DNA of 64,000 nucleotides from Blastocystis sp. Blastoise (lineage: Eukaryota > Protista > Bigyra: Opalinata). The DNA is taken from the NCBI GenBank assembly GCA_039096225.1, contig JBBPEB010000009.1:1678579-1742578 (forward strand), written 5' to 3'. This document shows, in pieces, positions 36,848-54,128 of this stretch. The position numbers were made by a program, and so were the translations under genes. The notes below the pieces were generated by a model. It saw only the letters and a program-made list of their open reading frames with translations, did not search any database and had not been told where the DNA came from. Position 1 is the stretch's first letter. Every line of letters starts with the position of its first letter.

Positions 36848-39800
36848 ATGTCAGACAGTGAATCTTTATTAACTGAAAATAAATGTAAGTGAGTATGATT
36901 ACAGACAATTTATTTACTTTTCTAGATTTGTTTACATTTCAAGATGAGACGCAATTATGGATTTCAAGAGAATTTATAGAGAAATATCCTCAATTACCCT
37001 TTCATGATATTATTCAACACTCAGATAAATATGAGGATGGTAGCTATTATATAGATATGGCTTCTTCTCCTATAGATAGAGTCGTTTCGTTTTTAAATGA
37101 AGAAATTGCTGATATTTCTTCTTTAAATCTACGAAATAGTTATGATATATATAAAACACTTCATGAATATTCAATTACACTTGATAATGAAATTCAAAGT
37201 GATTTATTCTTCCATGTTAAAGATTTATTTATTGATTATTTAAAAGAAAACAATTATCGAATAAATGATTGTTATAACCAACATGACCAGTTACATATGT
37301 CGATGGAGTTATTTAGTTCAAAGAGTAAAGAAATAGTTATAGAAGGTAATTATTTAGTATTATATATGTCTTTAATATGTATAGGATTATTTACACCTCA
37401 ACGAAAAGATGAATTATTGTATTATTCGATTCTAATTAAAATGATGAATATTAGTGAAGTTTTTGTTTTTTGTATATATATATATATATATAGTAGTATA
37501 TTAATGTATAATAATAATATATATAGATGATTATTCATCAGATATTCCATTAGAATACGTATGTCCTTCTTCTATTAAAGATATATTTCCATCATTAAGA
37601 GAATTAAAAATTTCTGGTATATATTATTTTATTATATATATATATATATAGTATCTACATATTACAAGGAAAGTGAACAGTTATTAAATCCAAATAGTGA
37701 TGAGTATATAATGAAATATATTCGGTTATTCAGTAGATATGGATGTGGAATGGATATTCCTGATAATTACAACTATTTTACAGAATCAGAAATGAATGAA
37801 TATAATAAAAAATCTACATTAAATATGAATACTATATATTATTCTCATGACATGATTGATTCTTATAAAAAAAGAAGAGAAAACAATACGTTACCTAAAT
37901 TATATAAATATATTGTTTATGAAGCTATATATAATAATGATGGTTCGGAAGCTGGAAATAGTAAAAATACTTATGGTAATTTTTCACGTAATGATGTCAG
38001 TATTAAATATAATAGTAAATATATATAAATATTTTAGAATTTTTTCTTTTTATCTCATTATATATAGATGAAACAAATGAGAAAACATTTTCGTATATAA
38101 TTATCTTTATTGAATAATATTTATTTAAATATATATCAAATAGTATAATGGAAATATCTTCAGAATGGGGTATAACTCAATTATTACGTCTTATTTCTTA
38201 TTTCTCTATTTCAAAAATCGAGAAAAATTATTGTAAATAAGAATATATAGTACACTAATGAATTTTTTTAGTTGATTTTCAATATGATGCTATGATTGCT
38301 CTGAAAGTATTAAAAGAAGTTGTATTCGACTCTTTAACTACATTAAGTGTTGAATGGAGTATTTTTTAATTATTATTATCAATATTTTTATTCAATATAG
38401 TTGAAGTTCTGGCTGATAAAATTGATAAGAATCTATTTAAAAAAATAATTACAACTCATGTATTTCCAAATGTTACTGAACTCATCTATGATGATCGTAT
38501 GTATATATATAAATAAATGTATGTATATTATATATATCTATATATGTATGTAGGATCATTTCAGTTATCATTCATAAAGAAAGAATGTTTCCCAAAACTA
38601 CATATTATCAACTACAATATTGAAATATGTAAATTGATTTTTCTATAGATAAATTATAGTATATTATTATAGCTGCTGATACTCTTGAGTTCTTATTTCC
38701 ACCGAGCTTAATCTCTATGATTGATACTATTATAATAAATGAAATTAATTCTAGCCAAAAAAATGAAATCATTTTAACTTTAGATAATCTAGCTTATACT
38801 CATTCAATTCATATCGATGGAATTGGTATAGTCTTATATATATATATTTGATTTTATATAGATTTATTTATTAATGACTTTCCACATTCAAAAGAATTGT
38901 TAAACAAAAATCTTATATCTTTTGATAGAAATTATAGTATAAATTTTTTCTCACTCTTTTATATATATATATATATAATAATATTTAATATAATATAATA
39001 ACATATAATAGTATATAATAGATAATATAATCTAATATTTATTATAAAGTTAAGATTTTTTGTTCTGAAGATGTGAAAAAGTTAGATCGTTTTAAGAATT
39101 ATATATACAATATTGATGTTTTATATATTACATTCAAAAGTATTCAAGTCTATATATATATATATATAACATTAATTTCTTTTTATTTATAGATTACAAA
39201 GAAGATGAAATAAGAAATTCTTTAGAAAGATTCTTACAGAGTAATATATTACAACATTTGAACTATTTAAGTGTTTCATGTATATTCTTTTTTATCAATA
39301 TATATTATTATTATACTTGGTATACTATCTTTAGTCGATCATACTATAAGTATAGAATATTTAAAATGGATATCAAATATTTTTGATGATACTAAAATTA
39401 ATACTATTTGTGAATTATTTTTTGATTGTATATATTTTATTATGAAACACATTATAATTAATATTAAGTGAGTTCTGTTGCAAAAGATTTATCATTTGAA
39501 TATTTATATGTATATGAAAACATAATAGAAAAATTAATTCATAAAGCTTCTATTGTTACGATACAAGGTAATTATTTTTAAATATGATTATTCTATTTAA
39601 TAAAATATATTTAATTAATATTAACTATATTTATCAGATTGTTATATGATTTTTTTAAATCGATTAATTCTCAAAGGTTGTTTTCATAATACGACTGAAT
39701 TGAGTTTAGGTATATAATTATTAAATAAATATTATATCTTCGTTGTAAACTATAATATATATCATTCTATTTTTATATTATTATTATTATAGAAATTGAT

Positions 39801-40572
39801 GATATTCCAGATGATAGTTTTTATGAACTATATACTAAAAACAATTTTCAACAATTAACACTTATTGAGTTTTGTATATATTAATAATAAGATTATAATT
39901 GTATCATGAATGCTTATATATAGTCTCTTATTCTATAAATAAATATTTTTCTAAAATATTAAATATTTCCATAGATATTCGTGATGAAAAATGGTGGCTT
40001 CATTTCATTCAAAAATTATGTAACTATATGAATAACAATAGTTTTCCATCATCAAGTACTATTCGATTAATTGGTATGTTATTAAAGATGATACTATTTA
40101 TATTCATTATTATTATATTCTATAGATACATTTTATTATAATCTTGACTATATTTATAATCCAAGTACTTCTTCTCTTCAATGTAAATATGATAATGATT
40201 CATTTATAGATACAATTATGTGTACAGATGATGAAACGATGAATAAATATGAGATAGAAACATTATTTGATTGTATTAGAGAAAATAAAACTAAATATAT
40301 AAGAAGTTTAGAAATATATATTTTTGATGAGGAACAATTATCAGAACTCATTAGTTTTTTAACTAATGGAAAGATTCCTAAATTGAAAGAATTTATTTTT
40401 AGTATTAGTATATATACAGTTAATTCTATTGATATTTTTATATCATATAGGTAATGATATTTCTGATGATAGCACTAATATATATAAGCAACAATTGAAT
40501 GATTCTTCATTTATTAAGGAAAATCATATCAAATATGAACTGAAAAAAGTAGTATGTATAAATTATTTTTAA
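36848..40572 (+). CDS. Family A paralog 3: KCTD-like BTB + LRR-like repeats (multi-exon)
   Basis: ATG at 36848. LFTFQDETQLWISREFIEKYPQLPFHDIIQHSDKYEDGSYYIDM is highly similar to the 26605 gene. TAA at 40570-40572. Confidence 0.8.
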
Positions 40573-41044
40573 CATCTATTTTTTTTGTTTTGCTATATTT
40601 ATTATGTATTTCATTTCTTGTTTTACATATATATATTCAAGTTTCCATTGATTATATTAATATTATATGATTTAAAATATAAGAATCATGATAATTTATT
40701 ATATGTACATTAATGTTTTAAGTATAAAACAATTTTAATAAAATGTATTATTATTGTTTAATATGACTATATTGTTATATTGTGTTTATTAGATATTCCT
40801 TATGGATAATAAATCTATCTAAAAATTATATTTTAATGATATTTTGAAATGTGAGTAATTAGCATGTTTATAAGAGGTGGCTGATATATTTATATAATAT
40901 GGAAAAAATGACTTTTTTGATACATATTTTTTTTTTAATAAAATGAAAGAGTTAAAAACATATTATTATGGTTGCCATTTATTTATTATATATAATTTCA
41001 TTAGTTGTGTTTAATTTAGATTTATTAATTTGAAAATATATTCA

Positions 41045-41139
41045 TATATATTATGAGCTAATCTAATTATTTATATATTATAAGCTAATTTAATTATTTA
41101 TATATTATGAGTTAATCTAATTATTTATATATTATGAGT
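41045..41139. repeat. 27-bp tandem repeat, about 3.5 copies
   Basis: TATATATTATGAGCTAATCTAATTATT with variants. Confidence 0.75.
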
Positions 41140-42028
41140 CTACATAAATATATGTATATGAATAATCATTAATACAGAACTTCACTCCATATAATACCAA
41201 ACTACTTTTGAAAATAATTTTTTGGAGAAAGAATATATATTTTATGTATTATAATTATCTTGATGATAATAATTATTAACAATATATCATGATCAAATAT
41301 CCTTAAGAATAAAAAGAATGTAGAGAGAATAAGATAACGAATATTATCAGTATTAGCAAGGATATTAAAGTTGAAACAAATAAAATAAAATTGAATGAAT
41401 AGAGAAACATAGTGTAGACATGATAAATAAATATAAATATAATAATTAAGGAAATAATTGGAATGATTATAAAAGGAAGTAATGTAATCATATAATATAT
41501 AAGTTATTTAAACATCTCGTTTCCATTTAAATAATATACAACATTAATTGAAGTTCAAATAGATCCTATTAAGAAGATTTGAAACTATAATGATAATAAA
41601 AGAGACTATCTAGAAATAATATATATTGATTAATATCATCGAATACACACAAACTAATAATTCACAAATAATAGACTTGCTGCTATAGCTAATGAAATAA
41701 AGAATGAAAATGAGTTGCTTATTTTAATCTATTTTAATACTTTTTTGTAGATCCCATAATTTATAAATACAAAAATATAATATTTTTCATCATAAATGTG
41801 TTTTAAATGAATAATAAAGAGATTTAATGAATGAATTAAAAAGTTGATTAAAATCATGATTTATTTTAAAATGAAAGCTATTAAATGAAAATAATTATAA
41901 ATTGATAAAATAAAAGTGTTTAAAAATATTTACGATTATTATTAATATTTTCGCTATAAAAGATAATAGTTTCATAATTTTGATTTAAAATAGTTTTCAT
42001 TTTTATTTTATTTCTTTTATTATTAAGA

Positions 42029-43548
42029 ATGGTGAAAGAGAAGGTAGAATTTGATGCGAATAAGATGGGTGATATTCAGAAGGATGTAATTCATTTTGAA
42101 AGACTGATTGGTGATTTGATTGGTATTTTAAGTAAGTCAATAAGTTTCTGTATTCATTCAGGTGAGTCTATAAATGAATTAGTAAAGCAATCCGTAAGAT
42201 ATTGTGAAGGAATGAATGATAAGAATGGTGATGATCCAAGTATAATTATCCAAGAATCTTCTTTTCTGAATGAAAATGATTCTACTATGAATAAAAATGA
42301 TAATGGAATTGATTATATTCGATTCACAAGTAATGGTCCAGTTTATTCTCTTCCTAAAAGAGTAACAAATAGTTTAGTAGGAGCATATTTATATGAACAA
42401 TGTCAAGATGATCAAAAAACTGTTGATGATGAAGCTTATTTAGATTATCCTTATGATGAAACAGTAGCTCCTTTATTAATTGATTCTTTAATGAATAAGA
42501 AAGTGAATATTGATAAATTAATGATGAAAGATCAAATTGATTTATTAAGGATGTTTGATTACTGTGAATTACCTATTCCTGAAGAATTAGTGAAGACTAT
42601 ATATAGAATGGATCGTAATATGATACAATATAAAGAAAGTGATGATGTTATTCTATATATAAATGATAAGGAAGATGATAGATTAAAAAAATACTTAAAG
42701 AATAATGGATTAATGAATAAGATTGTTAATGAATATGGTAGTGGATATGTAGATTATGATGAAGAGAATAATGAAATGTATATGAAGATGAATTTTGAAT
42801 ATATTAATTATATCAATGAATATATTAAATATAATTGTATTTATATTTCTGAAGAAGAAACAAAGAATATAAATAAAGAATTATTAGAGAATGAAATGTA
42901 TAGTTTATTTGGTGATAAAGGAAGAAATAGTGTAAAGAATGGATGGAATATTAATGTTTCATTTCTTCATTCATATATAGTTGATCCTACTAGTGAAGTC
43001 TCTTTAGTGAATTGGCTTGGTAAAGAAAAGAAATGGAAATTACTATTTAGGCATTTATTAATTTATTATATTATATCATTATATATAGAGCAAGTGAACA
43101 TGATTATAAAACAAGTGAATTTCATAATTATTGTGATTATAAAGGAGAAACAGTTACTATTATCAAACATATAGGTAAAAATAATCATATTAATATATTT
43201 GGAGGATATACAGATCAAAGTTGGGATAGTTATAGTGGTTGGAAACCTAATTCTAAAGAATTTCTATTTACATTAAGTAATGACCATGGTATTCCACCTA
43301 CTAAATATGATAATACTAATAGTAGCTGTGGTTTATATTGTGGTTCTTCTTATGGTCCAATGTTTGGAGGTGGCAATGATATCCATATATCTGATCAATG
43401 TCATAGTAATACTAGTTCTTATTGTAAAGCATCTTCTTATTCTGAAGTGAATACTCCTCAAAAATCATCCTTATTTGTAAATACAAATAATGCTAATTCT
43501 GAAAATCATTTTACAGTAGATGATTATGAAGTCTGGGGAAGAGCATAA
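42029..43548 (+). CDS. Family B paralog 3: tandem BTB-like + TLDc (one GC-AG intron at 43051-43088)
   Basis: Colinear with the 32090 gene: KWKLLFR|ASEHDYKTSEFHNYCDYKGETV...YGPMFGGGNDI...FTVDDYEVWGRA*. Confidence 0.87.
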
Positions 43549-44432
43549 AAAGAATAATAAATTACTATTTCTTTTTTATTTCTCTCTTTATATATATTGT
43601 TTTCTTTTCTTTATTGAGAAAAGTTTTTCATTATATATATATTATTTTTAATAAAATATAAAAAGTAGTTTTGTTAATTGTTTTCTAACTGCATTCATAC
43701 TATTAAAAGTTTATTAATATTAATTATTATATAATATTCTCAAGATAAATATATATTTTTTATTAAAAATAATTTTTATAAACATGTTTATTTTATAGAT
43801 ATATAACAAAGATTAAGATATAAATCATAAGAATAAAATCAATAAAATATATGAAGGATAGGAATTCTATGATAATAATAAACATCAATATATTTTGTTT
43901 ATTTAAATAATTAAAAACAATACTTATTGAAAGTTTAAAACAATATAGAGTTATCTATAATATAAAATGAAAAATGTTTTTATTCTTTTATTTATTAACA
44001 ATTTAATATTTTTTATAAACTATAATAATAGGAATATTATATATATGAATATATATTTATATAATATATATATAATTATATCATTGTTGAAAAAAAATAA
44101 ATATAAAAATGATTAAAATAAATATATAGAATGATTATTATTTAAAAAAATAAACAAATTCAAATAAATATTTAAAATAAAACTAAATAAAGTTTTTAAA
44201 TATAAAAAAAAATAATTTTAAACAAGAATAAGTTGAGAATAGTATAGAATTCATGAATAGTATACAATTTACAAAAGTAGCCAAATGAACATTTTAATAG
44301 TATTTATAACTATTATAAAATAAGAATGATTATGAAAATAGTTTTTATTATGATGAAGAGTATAAATATAGATGAATAATAGAATAATATAGAAAATTTG
44401 AATAAATAATAAAAAAGATAGATTTGATGAGA

Positions 44433-44611
44433 TCAGTCCCTTCCCTCACTTTTGTGACAGTTGCCATGACCATGGCTGACTGTCACTTTCAGCCAGACTT
44501 AATTTGACTTAGTCAAAAATAATTCAAATTACACTGTCAAAAATAAATATTTTGTCACAAATTTTGGTGACAATTGCCATATGGCAAAAAAAAAGGGCCT
44601 CAGGGAAGGCG
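44433..44611. other. GC-enriched island packed with palindromes (MITE, recombination site or structured RNA; unresolved)
   Basis: Outer inverted repeat CCTTCCCT...AGGGAAGG. Internal inverted repeats at 44454-44486, 44503-44517, 44552-44573 and 44574-44587. The motif GTGACARTTGCCAT occurs twice. Confidence 0.6.
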
Positions 44612-44700
44612 TTATATATATATATATATATTGTTTGTATAATATGTATCTATTATATATAATAATAATAATATATATATAGTACATAAATATTATATAG

Positions 44701-48260
<3,560 letters not shown>

Positions 48261-48437
48261 TATTATTATTATTATTTTTTTGATATGTAGGTATTTTTTA
48301 TTTATTATTCTTGCAAATAATTTTATAATTAAATTGTATTATATATATTTATATTTATTTAAAGTCAACAAAATTATATATAAGAAATAGTAATTATAAA
48401 TATATTTATTAAAAATATCATATATACATAAAATAAT

Positions 48438-48692
48438 TTATTTTTCTTTATTTAGGTGATATAAAAAGAATTTATTAACGTTTAATTGTTCAAGATCTAA
48501 ATCTATATTATCATAATCAAAATTCCTATATATATATATATAAGAAACTATTGTATATATACATTTTATTTATTTTTTTAATATTTTTTTGAAACATATT
48601 ATATTCTTTGATAAATTGTTGAATCATTCCAAATATAAGAATTGCATTGTTATTATCATAAGATTTATCACACTTTATATATAATATTTATT

Positions 48693-48728
<36 letters not shown>

Positions 48729-49372
48729 TTTTTTATATTGAACAATAATTTTTGATGTATTAATTTTAAATAATCTATATATATATATATATAGATAATT
48801 ATATCAGAATAATTAAATATACTTTTTCATTTGATTTATAATTTGATTAAGATATTTATCATTTCCATTTTCAAATTCAAAAAAATTATATATATTAATT
48901 GTAAGCGTTTTCTTTTTATCACCATTTGATAATTTATTAATTATTAAATAATATCTATCTTTATTTCTATAATAATATTAATATATATATATATATATAG
49001 ATTAATACTTTAAATAGATTGTAAATATAAAAAATATTGGTGAATTGGAATTAAAATGAATCTGAATTTCATCAGATATATTATATAACTATATATATAT
49101 TATTGTTAATAATAGGTATATATATATATATATATATACATAAGAATCATTAATAAAATCATTATAATTATAGTAGTTATGAATGAATAAATTTATATTA
49201 TTGGTTGTTACAATTTGGTTATAAACATTCAAATATAAATATATATCAAATAATTCACTTGGAAAAGATCCTTCATGTAAGAATGTATACTATATATATT
49301 ATATTATATTATATTATATTATATTATATTATATTATATACATATTGTTTTTCATTAACTATTATCTCATTA

Positions 49373-49446
<74 letters not shown>

Positions 49447-51540
49447 TATATAATACTAATTAGATTATATGTTTGTTTATTATTTATTTGTATAGGATCA
49501 TTTTCATATTGACTATTTTGACTATTATTATAACAACTAGCTGTATATATATATATATATAAATATTATATTATTATATTATATACATTATATATATATA
49601 TATTATATTATATTATATTATATATATATATACAAATATTAATATTATCATTTGAATAATTTATAGATAAATTTGATGATTGATTATGAATTTCTTTGCT
49701 TATATCATTATTTTCAGATAATGAAGTATAATCATATACATCAGTAGGTATTATATTATCAGCATTAATATTATCAATATTATATTTAATAGATGATTGT
49801 ATATTAGAATTATTAGCTGAAATTATATTAGCTGAAGATTGGTTATTATTTTGAATAACTTTAGATGCATATTCATTAGTATTTTGAAGTTTTTGGAAAG
49901 AAATATTATTACTATTACTAATTATTGGATTAGCCAAATTATTATTGATATTATTTAATAAGATATTAGGAGATGAAGAAATTATATTATCATTACTACT
50001 AATTATTGGATTTAATGAATTATTGTAATTGATTGATGAATTAAGATAGTTATTATTATTTATTAATGGATTTGAAGAACTGTTATGATTAATGAATGAA
50101 TTAGAAGAATTATTATTATTTTGATTATTAATATTGATTGATGAATTAAGATAATTATTATTATTGATTGATGAATTAAGATTGTTGTTATTATTGATTG
50201 ATGAACTAAGATAATTGATATTATTGATTGATGGATTAGAAGAATTGTTATAATTGATTGATGTACTAGATAAATTATGATTATTATTTACTATTGGATT
50301 AGATAAATTATGATTATTATTTGATATTGGATTAGATAAATTATGATTATTATTTGATATTGGATAAGAAGAATTGTTATAATTGATTGATGCATTAGAT
50401 AAATTATGATTATTATTTGATATTGGATAAGAAGAATTGTTATAATTGATTGATGTATTAGATAAATTATGACTATTATTTGATATTGGATAAGAAGAAT
50501 TGTTATAATTGATTGATGTATTAGATAAATTATGATTATTATTTGATATTGGATAAGAAGAATTGTTATAATTGATTGATGTATTAGATAAATTATGATT
50601 ATTAGTTGATATTGGATAAGAAGAATTGTTATAATTGATTGATGCATTAGATAAATTATGATTATTATTTACTATTGGATTAGATAAATTATGATTATTA
50701 TTTGATATTGGATAAGAAGAATTATTAATGAATGAATTAGAAGAATTATTATTATTTTGATTATTATTGTTGATTAATGGATTAGATAAATTATTTATTA
50801 TTTGCTTAGAAGAATTATCATTGATAGAATTATCACTATTGGAAATGATAGAAATATTAAACTGATCAATATCTTCAACAGAATTATGAATACTTGGAAT
50901 TGGAGAATAATAATTATTTAATATATTATTAGGGTTTAGATTATATTGATTATTTAATGAATCATTTATACTATAATTATTATCATTGTTATTAGAATTA
51001 AATGAAGGAAGAAGAAGAGGAGAAATAAGTTCTATACTTTTTTTATTTTCATCATCATTCATACTATTGAACTTTATAATGGGAGATATAATTATAGGAG
51101 ATATTTGTTGATCTGATAATTTAATATATTTATTTTCATTGTTACAATTATTTATTTTAGCACTATCTTTTGATTCCATCTATGGGATATATATGATAAT
51201 ATGAATATACATGAATAAAAAATATGAATATGAATATGAATATGAATATGAATATGAATATGAATATGAATATGAATACATATGGATAATATGAATATAC
51301 ATGAATAATATGAATATGAATATATATGAATATGAATATGAATATGAATATGAATATGAATATGAATATATATGGATAATATGAATATACATGAATAATA
51401 TAAATAATATCGATAATAAAAATAATATGGATAATATTGATAATATGAATACTTTAGATGATATATCTTCTTTTGATTCAATATAACGATTTATATCATA
51501 ATTGAATGTACACTTTCTAACCAGTAATTCATATGAGCAA

Positions 51541-51601
<61 letters not shown>

Positions 51602-52938
51602 TATCTACATACTAGAGCTTCATGAATGGTTATTAGGTTACCATCAATATCTCTTTCTGGGACAAAATAATTCATTTCTTTAGCGAATTGTTTATCCAGG
51701 ACATAATCAATGAATACTTTTATACCAAGCTCAGAAGTACATAAATCATTTAATTTAAAATCATTATTATTATATATAGTTTTATATTTTATATTTAGAT
51801 TATAGTATTTGTCATGAACATCATTTGTATGATGGCAACTTCTGATGAAACTTTGGCAATAAAGAGGATTAACACAATTTGTTCTTCCAAACCAAGTGGC
51901 AAAACAATGTCTATAGGAATAACCTGAGTGATCTTTAGGTATGTTACTAAATAATTTTTTTAATTGATGTTTACAACTATATAGGTATATAAGTTAATAT
52001 ATATATATATATATAGATTTAGATAAATATATATATATAGGTATACATAGTGGGATAGGTACTATATGTGAATTGGGATGCTACATAATTACTATTAGTA
52101 TTTGGTTTTCGTATATATAGGAATAAATTTGTTGTATATTCAATATCATTATCTTTTAAATATTCACATATTTGATTTCTTATAATTATATATTTATCAT
52201 ATATCTTTTGAAATTTTTCGCATAAAATATATATATCAGGAAATTTCTTGCCGTCAGAATAAGGAATATTTCCATTCTTAGATCCTGTATGTATTATATA
52301 TATATATTCTTTTTTAGTATTTTCATTTCTATATTTCTTTAGGTTTTCAAATAATTTCAAATTATATATATCATTATTTCTAAGTGGACAGCCTGTGCAA
52401 GTCTGAAGGAGATACATCATAAGAATCGTAATAGTATGAAATTTTTTTATATATATATCATTAATATTTTTCTTATTATTAATTTCTTCTATATATATAT
52501 TAATTTTTTCAAATAATGTTCTAATTATATTGTAGTAATCTTGTAAAGAGATAAGAGCTTCCATTTTCTTTTTCTTATTCAAATCCTCAAAAGCTTTACT
52601 ATCATTTTTACTAATGAAATTGTTATCTGTAATCATAACTGAAGACTTGTGAGTAATATATGTTAGTGTTTCTTTTATTATATCTTTCATTTTATTATCT
52701 ATATATACATTTTTTCTTTCTATATAGGTAATTATAGATCTTATCTCTTGTATTCTATTATGAAGGGTTTTTGGACAATTTGATCTGGGCAGAATATTTA
52801 GAGTAACGTATTTATATATAAAATCAGGAAATAGTAAAATATTCAAACCATAATGATCAAGTTCTTCCTGATATAATACAAAAGCAAAATTGATTATATC
52901 ACAAATACTAAGCATAATTTCATAACTATATATATATA

Positions 52939-52978
<40 letters not shown>

Positions 52979-53295
52979 TACAAAATTTGTTTCTCAGATA
53001 GAGAATATATAGATATATCCGGTATTTTATCCTCAACCCCGTTTTCATAGAAGTCTCCAGTAATCACAGATTTAATTAAAGGTAAAGCATATTTTATAAA
53101 TATTTTTGTATTTGTATCCATTAGTAGAATTCTTTTTCTACTACACTTTCTTTGATATTTCCAATATTTTATTATATTATATAGGCGACTAATATCATCA
53201 TCACTTAATCGTTCTGGTAAAAAGCAACCAAGAAGATTTTTATTTATTTCTAATGATTTCTCACCAAGATTTATTCTTTCATTTAATTTTACAGG

Positions 53296-53348
<53 letters not shown>

Positions 53349-53651
53349 TTCTTAATTCTTGAATTATATTTAATGATACTTCATTATTTTTCTTTTTCTT
53401 AATTATCTAGAATTATTATATTTATTAAATGTATATACATATAATATATATATAGATACATATCCTAATTGCAGATATATATAGGTTTGAAGATCCAAAT
53501 CTTTTACAAGTAGTGGGTTAGTAATAATCTATAAATTAAAATTAAAATAAATATGATTATTATTTAAATATATACATGTTTAGTATAGTTTGTATCCGAG
53601 TTCAAAATTAAATTACACAAATTATTCATAAAATCCTGTATATATATATTA

Positions 53652-53705
<54 letters not shown>

Positions 53706-54075
53706 GATTTTAAATATACTTCATTATCATCAAGATTTATTTTGTATTGCTTCAAAAAATTATATATTTCTGATCTTATCTATTGAGTATATATATATAT
53801 AAATCAAAAAATATTATTTTAAAATATATTTATACTTCTTCATCTATTTCATTATTATTCTTAATTATATTTTGAATATCTATATATCGTATGAATTATA
53901 ATAATAATAATGCATTTAATATATAAACAATTATTACTTGATAATGTATATAGAAATGTTTTGAGTTCTTCTGAACTTATTAGAATTTCTTCATCATCTT
54001 CTTCTTCATTATTTTTAATTGCTAGTGGTATATAGTCTATTTTATTCTTATTTGATATAATTTTCCCATTATCAT

Positions 54076-54128
<53 letters not shown>

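Noticed and set aside
44433-44611. tRNA or snRNA identity for the GC island
   Set aside because: No cloverleaf, T-loop (GTTCRA) or recognisable snRNA motifs.
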